From the NCBI GenBank assembly GCA_039588295.1, contig JBDHAB010000028.1, forward strand, positions 1 through 40,191: a stretch of DNA of 40,191 nucleotides, given 5' to 3'. The notes beneath the pieces are model-generated. The model was given only the letters and a program-made list of their open reading frames with translations. It was not told the DNA's origin and did not search any database. The position numbers and the translations under genes were made by a program. The stretch comes from Gemmatimonadota bacterium. GTDB taxonomy: Bacteria; Gemmatimonadota; Gemmatimonadetes; Gemmatimonadales; GWC2-71-9. Positions 35,623 through 40,191 of the stretch are shown here, one piece after another; position 1 is the first letter of the stretch; every line of letters starts with the position of its first letter.

Positions 35623-36438
35623 ATGAGTAGCGTATCTGGATGCCGGCGGCGATCGCTGGGGAGAGTCTGCGCGGTTCTCGCGCTGGCGTTTGCCATGGCG
35701 TGCAGCTCGACGGACCGGGACTGGAGCGAGGCGGAGCGGGAGGGCACGGCGGAGTCGTATGCGCGCTTCATCAAGGCGCACCCGGATCACTACTACGCGA
35801 CGATCGCGCGCATCCGCATCGAGCTGGCGAAAGAAGATGGAGACTGGGAACGGGCGGTCGCGCAGAGCAGCCGCGAGGGTTACGAAGCGTTCCTGCAAAG
35901 CTGGCCGCAGGGGCAGTACGGCGCACAGGCGATCGCCGGCGTGGAGTCGCTCACGACGTCCACGGTTCGCCTGAGCATGCCGCGCCGCGCCACGCTGTCG
36001 GGGATGGTGTGGATCAGGGGCGACACGCTGGTCGCGCGCGAGGCGGCGACGGGGCGCGGGCTGCAGCTCCGGAAGTACGTGATCGCGAGCATCGAGATCG
36101 ACTGGGCGTACGAAGAGAGCGCGGTCATTTTCTCGCTGGACCCGACGGCAGACAGCACGGCGGCGCTGCCGGTCCTGAACCGCCTGGCGGCCACGCCGGA
36201 GGCGATGCGGATCCACCTGCGCGACGGCACGTCGGTCGCGGTCGATCCGACCACGGTCCGCCCGCGGCGACTGGAGCTGGACACGCGTCAGACGGTTCTG
36301 GGCTCGTCGCGGGAAGGGGACACGACGCGCGTGCACCTGCGCCTGGCGCCCTTCCGGCAGACGTACGCGCCCCGGGTCGTGCTCTCGGACAGTCTGCGAC
36401 TGGCGCCGGAAGAGATTCGCTTCGGCCCGGACGGGTAG
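35623..36438 (+). CDS. Hypothetical lipoprotein with two W..A.......Y..F....P helical repeats
   Basis: LALAFAMA-C lipobox; DWSEAEREGTAESYARFIKAHPD and DWERAVAQSSREGYEAFLQSWPQG. Start codon uncertain (35617 or 35623). Confidence 0.7.
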   Translation: MSSVSGCRRRSLGRVCAVLALAFAMACSSTDRDWSEAEREGTAESYARFIKAHPDHYYATIARIRIELAKEDGDWERAVAQSSREGYEAFLQSWPQGQYGAQAIAGVESLTTSTVRLSMPRRATLSGMVWIRGDTLVAREAATGRGLQLRKYVIASIEIDWAYEESAVIFSLDPTADSTAALPVLNRLAATPEAMRIHLRDGTSVAVDPTTVRPRRLELDTRQTVLGSSREGDTTRVHLRLAPFRQTYAPRVVLSDSLRLAPEEIRFGPDG

Positions 36439-36472
36439 ACGGCACTCACCACGACAATTTCGGGAACAATCG

Positions 36473-37495
36473 CTACTTGCGGACGGTGAAGCGCGAGCGC
36501 GCCGCGATGGCAGTACGCTCGCCGTGGTGCGCCTCGATCTGTAGCACGTAGGCGCCGGCGGAAAAGCGGCGGCTGCGCAGGTCGAGGAAGAAACGGCCGT
36601 CATCGAAGTACTTCTGCGCGATGGTGTCGCGGAAGATCTCGACGGGCTGGTCGTCGGTGATCACGACCTGGTACTGGTCGGCGCCGGCGGCGACGCGGTC
36701 GAGGTCGACGGCGATCACGAGGTGGTCGATGCGGCGCATGTCGAGGGCGGCGTCGGGCTCGGCGCCGCCGCCGCCGCCGCGGGTGGTGAGGCGGATGGGA
36801 AGCTCCTGGACGGGCGTGCGGCCGGAGAGCACGTCGAGGGGCGCCCACTGGGCGGCGGGTCCGCCGGTCACGGTGCGGGAGGTGTACACGACGGCGACCG
36901 TCACCGCCACGGCGGCGGTGACCAGTGTGGTGGCGACGGCCGCGCGGCGCTGGGGCGGCACGATCGCCACGAGCTTCTTGAGCGCGGCGCCCACCGCGGC
37001 GAGTCGCTCGCGCCAGCTGGTGGGAGCGGCCGCGGAGGGGGGAAGCGGCGGCGCGCCGCTGGGCGCGCCCAGAGGAGCCCCCGCGCGCGCGGCGGCGCCG
37101 GCCGCATCCGCCAACTTGGCCGGTTCCCCCGACTCTGCCGTCAGATCGACGCGCGCCGCGAGCAGCGTCTGCGCGCGCTCGTAGTCCTTGCTGCAGCGGG
37201 GGCACGCGTCGAGGTGGGCCCAGATGGTCTCGTTCTCCTCGTCGCCGAACTCGGCGGGGGACTCAGCGAACTCGACGATGAGGCGCGCGGCGAGGTGCTG
37301 CTCGTCGATGCGCGCGCGGTGCGTCCGCAGCTGCTCGGCGAGCCAGCCGGTCTCCATCGCCTCGCGGCGACAATTGACGCACTGGGCGAGGTGGGCCTCG
37401 AGGGCCTCGTCCTGGTCCCTCTCGATGCGTCCAGCGGCCTGCAACAGAATCAGATCGCTGGCGTCGCTACAGGAAATGCCGGGCTCTTCGGTCAT
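36473..37495 (-). CDS. Transmembrane anti-sigma factor with two zf-HC2 (ZAS) motifs
   Basis: HLAQCVNC and HLDACPRC; Ala/Pro-rich linker; TM AAVATTLVTAAVAVTVAVVY; C-terminal beta-rich domain; lies downstream of an ECF sigma gene. Confidence 0.82.
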   Translation of the reverse strand: MTEEPGISCSDASDLILLQAAGRIERDQDEALEAHLAQCVNCRREAMETGWLAEQLRTHRARIDEQHLAARLIVEFAESPAEFGDEENETIWAHLDACPRCSKDYERAQTLLAARVDLTAESGEPAKLADAAGAAARAGAPLGAPSGAPPLPPSAAAPTSWRERLAAVGAALKKLVAIVPPQRRAAVATTLVTAAVAVTVAVVYTSRTVTGGPAAQWAPLDVLSGRTPVQELPIRLTTRGGGGGAEPDAALDMRRIDHLVIAVDLDRVAAGADQYQVVITDDQPVEIFRDTIAQKYFDDGRFFLDLRSRRFSAGAYVLQIEAHHGERTAIAARSRFTVRK

Positions 37496-37562
37496 GGCTG
37501 TCAGTTGATCCGCGGGCGATCCAGCGGCGATCGCCGGGGCCGCTCCCCCTTTCCCTATTCAG

Positions 37563-37588
37563 GTCGAATCATCCGCTTTCCCGTTACA
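37563..37588 (-). promoter_or_regulatory. ECF-type promoter candidate for the anti-sigma gene
   Basis: TGTAAC-N16-CGAC; the -35 element overlaps the sigma gene stop codon. Confidence 0.5.
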
Positions 37589-38147
37589 GGGCCTGGTCGC
37601 GAAGCGCTACGGCCCTGTCGCGGCAGCGTTTGAGCCGCACGCGCAGGTTCCCGCGCGAGATCCCGATCTCGTCGGCGGCCTCGTCGAAGGTGCGCTCCTC
37701 GAGAAAGAGCGCGCGAAAGAGCTGCTGGCAAGCCTGGCCGAGGCGCTGGAACACGTAGACAAAGAGCTCCTGGTCGGCGATGCGCTCGTCCGGGCCCGCG
37801 GCCGGATCGGCCGCGCCTTCGGGCGTGTGGGGCGCAGCCTCGGTGCGCTCGGCGCCGGGGTCGTCGCCGGGATTGCTGAAGATGGTGCGCGAGAGCTGGT
37901 GGCGGCGGTTGTGGTCGATCACGTGGCAGATGGTCACGCGCCGCACCAGTCCCCACAGATTCTCGATCTCGCCGGCGGCGCGCACGGTCTTGAGCACATT
38001 CAAGAGGCACCCCTGCCGCACGTCCTCCCAGTCGGGAAACGCGTAGACGCGGCTGCGCACGAGGGGCGTGATGCGCTCGCGCACGATCTCGGCGGCCCAG
38101 TCTTCGCGGGCGCGCAGTCCGTCCAGAATCTCGTCGTCGGTGCGCAT
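37584..38147 (-). CDS. ECF RNA polymerase sigma factor
   Basis: 187 aa; region 2 (DWEDVRQ...IDHNRR) and region 4 HTH (TFDEAADEIGISRGNLRVRLKRCR). Confidence 0.85.
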   Translation of the reverse strand: MRTDDEILDGLRAREDWAAEIVRERITPLVRSRVYAFPDWEDVRQGCLLNVLKTVRAAGEIENLWGLVRRVTICHVIDHNRRHQLSRTIFSNPGDDPGAERTEAAPHTPEGAADPAAGPDERIADQELFVYVFQRLGQACQQLFRALFLEERTFDEAADEIGISRGNLRVRLKRCRDRAVALRDQAL

Positions 38148-38205
38148 GGTCCGTGGGGCGCGCGGTCCTCGCGCGCGCCGGTCCCCCCTCCGGGGAGAGT
38201 AACCG

Positions 38206-40191
38206 CTACTCCCAGGGTCCGATCAACACGAATCCGGCCCAGTAGGCGGGGTGGGTGTAGGGGCGGTGGTCGGGGCGGCTCTCGTAGGCGGCCAGCGCCG
38301 CCTTGGCGTCGCGCAGGGCCTCGGCCTTGGGCATGGCCCGCTGGAGGAGGTTCTCGTAGAAGCGGGTCATGAGGAGGCGCGTGGGCTGGTCGGCCACGTC
38401 CCACAGGCTCACGAGCACGTTGCGCGCGCCGGCCAGGAAAAAGGCGTGGGCAAAGCCGACGTAGCCCTCGCCGCGCGCGTACGGGCCCAGCCCGCTCTGG
38501 CACGCGGACAGGGTGACGAGATCGGCGTCGATGCGCCACTCACGCTCCACCTCTCCCATGGTGAGGCGACCGTCGAAGACGCGCTCGCGCCTGGCGAGGG
38601 ACTGCATGGCGTCGGGCAGATCCACCTGCGAGAGCACGAGTGCCGTGCGCTCCGCGAAGCGCGCGTCGGCGAAGCCGTGGGTGGCGAGGTGGATGTGGCT
38701 GTAGCCGGCGATGTCCCCGCTGGTGCACAGCGCGTAGAGGTCGCGTTCGCTGGCGTGCGGGCCGTAGAGGAGCAGGTTCTCCGCGAACAGGGGCGCGATG
38801 GCCTGTACCTCGAGGCGGGTGCCGGCCAGTCGCGGCAGCTCGGCGATGGCCTCGCCGCGCCCCGCGGCGGCGCCGCGCGTGACCGCCTCGCTCGCGCGGG
38901 TCGGGCTGGCCTGTTCTTCCGCGGCGTCCTCGTCGCGCATGGCCTGGGCCTGCTCGGCGTTGAAGGGAGGATCGGCGAGTGCGAGGAGCGCGCCGTCGCG
39001 CACGGGGTAGGGCCGGGACGCCAGGTGGTGCAGCACGGAGGCCGAGGGCACGTAGGCGACGGCCGCGGCGTCGAGCAGCACGTCGACGGGTATGCCCGCC
39101 ATGTCACCGGAGGTGACGACGGCCAGGCGCGTCACCCCCGCGAGCGTGCCGGCCACGGGCGCGATGCGCGCCTGGTAGACGGCGCCCGCCAGGCGCTCCA
39201 AGTCACGGGTGTCGCGCGACGGCTCGGAGAGCGCGGCGCGCAGCGCTTCGAGGTCTTGGTCGTCGCTTGCCTGGTCGAGGCGGCGCCACTCGACGGGGCC
39301 GTGCCCGCGCACGACGTAGGCCCACGCGGGCGCCTCGCCGTCGATCCATCCCAGCAGCGCGTCGCTCGCACCGAGGGTGGACTGGACGTCGGCGAGTGCC
39401 ACCGGATCGGCGACGTGCTCGGTCGCGTGGACGCCGTCGCGGGAGCCGGAGCGCGCGAGCATGTCGTCCAGGACGCGCGCGCGGTCGCGCTCCGCGGCTT
39501 CCCACGCGCCGGCGGCATCGCCCGCGGCCAGACGCACGCGCGCGAGGCGTTCATACGGGGAGACCGCGTCGGCGAAGGCGGCGCGTCCCACGGGCCGCGC
39601 GCTCACGCGCGTGCGCGCCGTCTCGTAGCGCGCGCACGCATCCTCGAGGAGGCGCTCCGCCTCGTCGAGCGCGCCCGCCTCGGCGCGCACCGCGGCGAGC
39701 GAGGTGAGCGCGTACAGGTAGCCCTGGTTGATGCCGAGGTCGAACTCGCCGTAGACGTCGGCGGCGCGGCGCAGCTCGGTCTCGGCGTCATCGGCGCGGT
39801 CCAGCTCGTGCAGGAGCTGGCCCAGCCCCAGGTGCGCCTCGGCCACGTCGATGTCGTGCTCGCCGTAGGCGGCGGTGCGGATGGCGATGGTTTCGCGCAG
39901 CACGCGCTCGGCCTCCTCGTTCTTACCCAGCGCGGCGAGCGCGTTGCCCAGGTTGCCCAGCGGGGCGGCGGCCTCGCCGCTCTCCTCACCGAGTGCCGCG
40001 CGCTCGATGCGCACGGCGTCGCGAAAACATTCCACCGCCTCCTCGTAGCGGTGCAGTCCCACGAGCGAGTTGCCGCGCGCGTTGAGCGCGAGCGCATAGT
40101 AGAAGCTGTCCTCGCCGAAGCGCGCGCGGTAGATTGCGGACAGGTCGTCGAGGATCTCGAGCGACGCCGCGTACTGGTGCTGGTGGTAGAG
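38206..40191 (-). CDS. TPR-CHAT (caspase HetF-associated) protease, 5'-partial
   Basis: Frame open to the window edge. Kinesin-light-chain-like TPRs, then a CHAT domain with the catalytic dyad HIHLATHG and LVTLSACQSG, GEG, AGARNVLVSLWDV and HPAYWAGF. Confidence 0.93.
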   Translation of the reverse strand, partial: LYHQHQYAASLEILDDLSAIYRARFGEDSFYYALALNARGNSLVGLHRYEEAVECFRDAVRIERAALGEESGEAAAPLGNLGNALAALGKNEEAERVLRETIAIRTAAYGEHDIDVAEAHLGLGQLLHELDRADDAETELRRAADVYGEFDLGINQGYLYALTSLAAVRAEAGALDEAERLLEDACARYETARTRVSARPVGRAAFADAVSPYERLARVRLAAGDAAGAWEAAERDRARVLDDMLARSGSRDGVHATEHVADPVALADVQSTLGASDALLGWIDGEAPAWAYVVRGHGPVEWRRLDQASDDQDLEALRAALSEPSRDTRDLERLAGAVYQARIAPVAGTLAGVTRLAVVTSGDMAGIPVDVLLDAAAVAYVPSASVLHHLASRPYPVRDGALLALADPPFNAEQAQAMRDEDAAEEQASPTRASEAVTRGAAAGRGEAIAELPRLAGTRLEVQAIAPLFAENLLLYGPHASERDLYALCTSGDIAGYSHIHLATHGFADARFAERTALVLSQVDLPDAMQSLARRERVFDGRLTMGEVEREWRIDADLVTLSACQSGLGPYARGEGYVGFAHAFFLAGARNVLVSLWDVADQPTRLLMTRFYENLLQRAMPKAEALRDAKAALAAYESRPDHRPYTHPAYWAGFVLIGPWE

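Noticed and set aside
34573..36603. 676-aa minus-strand ORF and similar long Arg/Pro-rich ORFs throughout the window
   Set aside because: Alternative-frame or antisense artefacts of high-GC coding DNA that overlap well-supported genes

Overview
High-GC bacterial chromosomal window with about 40 genes. I found no rRNA, tRNA, CRISPR array or transposase. Three secreted proteins end in a FlgD-Ig/T9SS-type-A-like 'PNPF...SGVYF' domain, and mqnD is present, which suggests an FCB-related candidate lineage such as Krumholzibacteria, Latescibacteria or Eisenbacteria (inference). In order, the window holds: a partial YCF48/BNR-repeat propeller; a membrane-anchored sulfatase-like enzyme; a Moco operon (moaA-moaCB-TSUP-moeA-moaD-moaE-mobA) led by a Moco/Tuco-type riboswitch that lacks P3; secreted CTD proteins including an S8 protease; a Ser/Thr kinase-TPR fusion; an atypical deformylase; a CGNR regulator divergent from DinB and a DksA-finger PP2C phosphatase; an XRE/ABM pair; and an apparently inserted block at about 30.3-34.6 kb. 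That block encodes an SGNH hydrolase with a mirror-symmetric cysteine ladder, an unannotated 37-aa membrane peptide, a multi-TM protein and a PLD-family protein. The window ends with mqnD and a TPR-CHAT protease / ECF sigma / double zinc-finger anti-sigma operon. The two best candidates for undescribed systems are the CHAT-sigma-anti-sigma module and the SGNH cysteine-ladder protein with its peptide partner. All calls come from reading the sequence by eye; no database searches were run.
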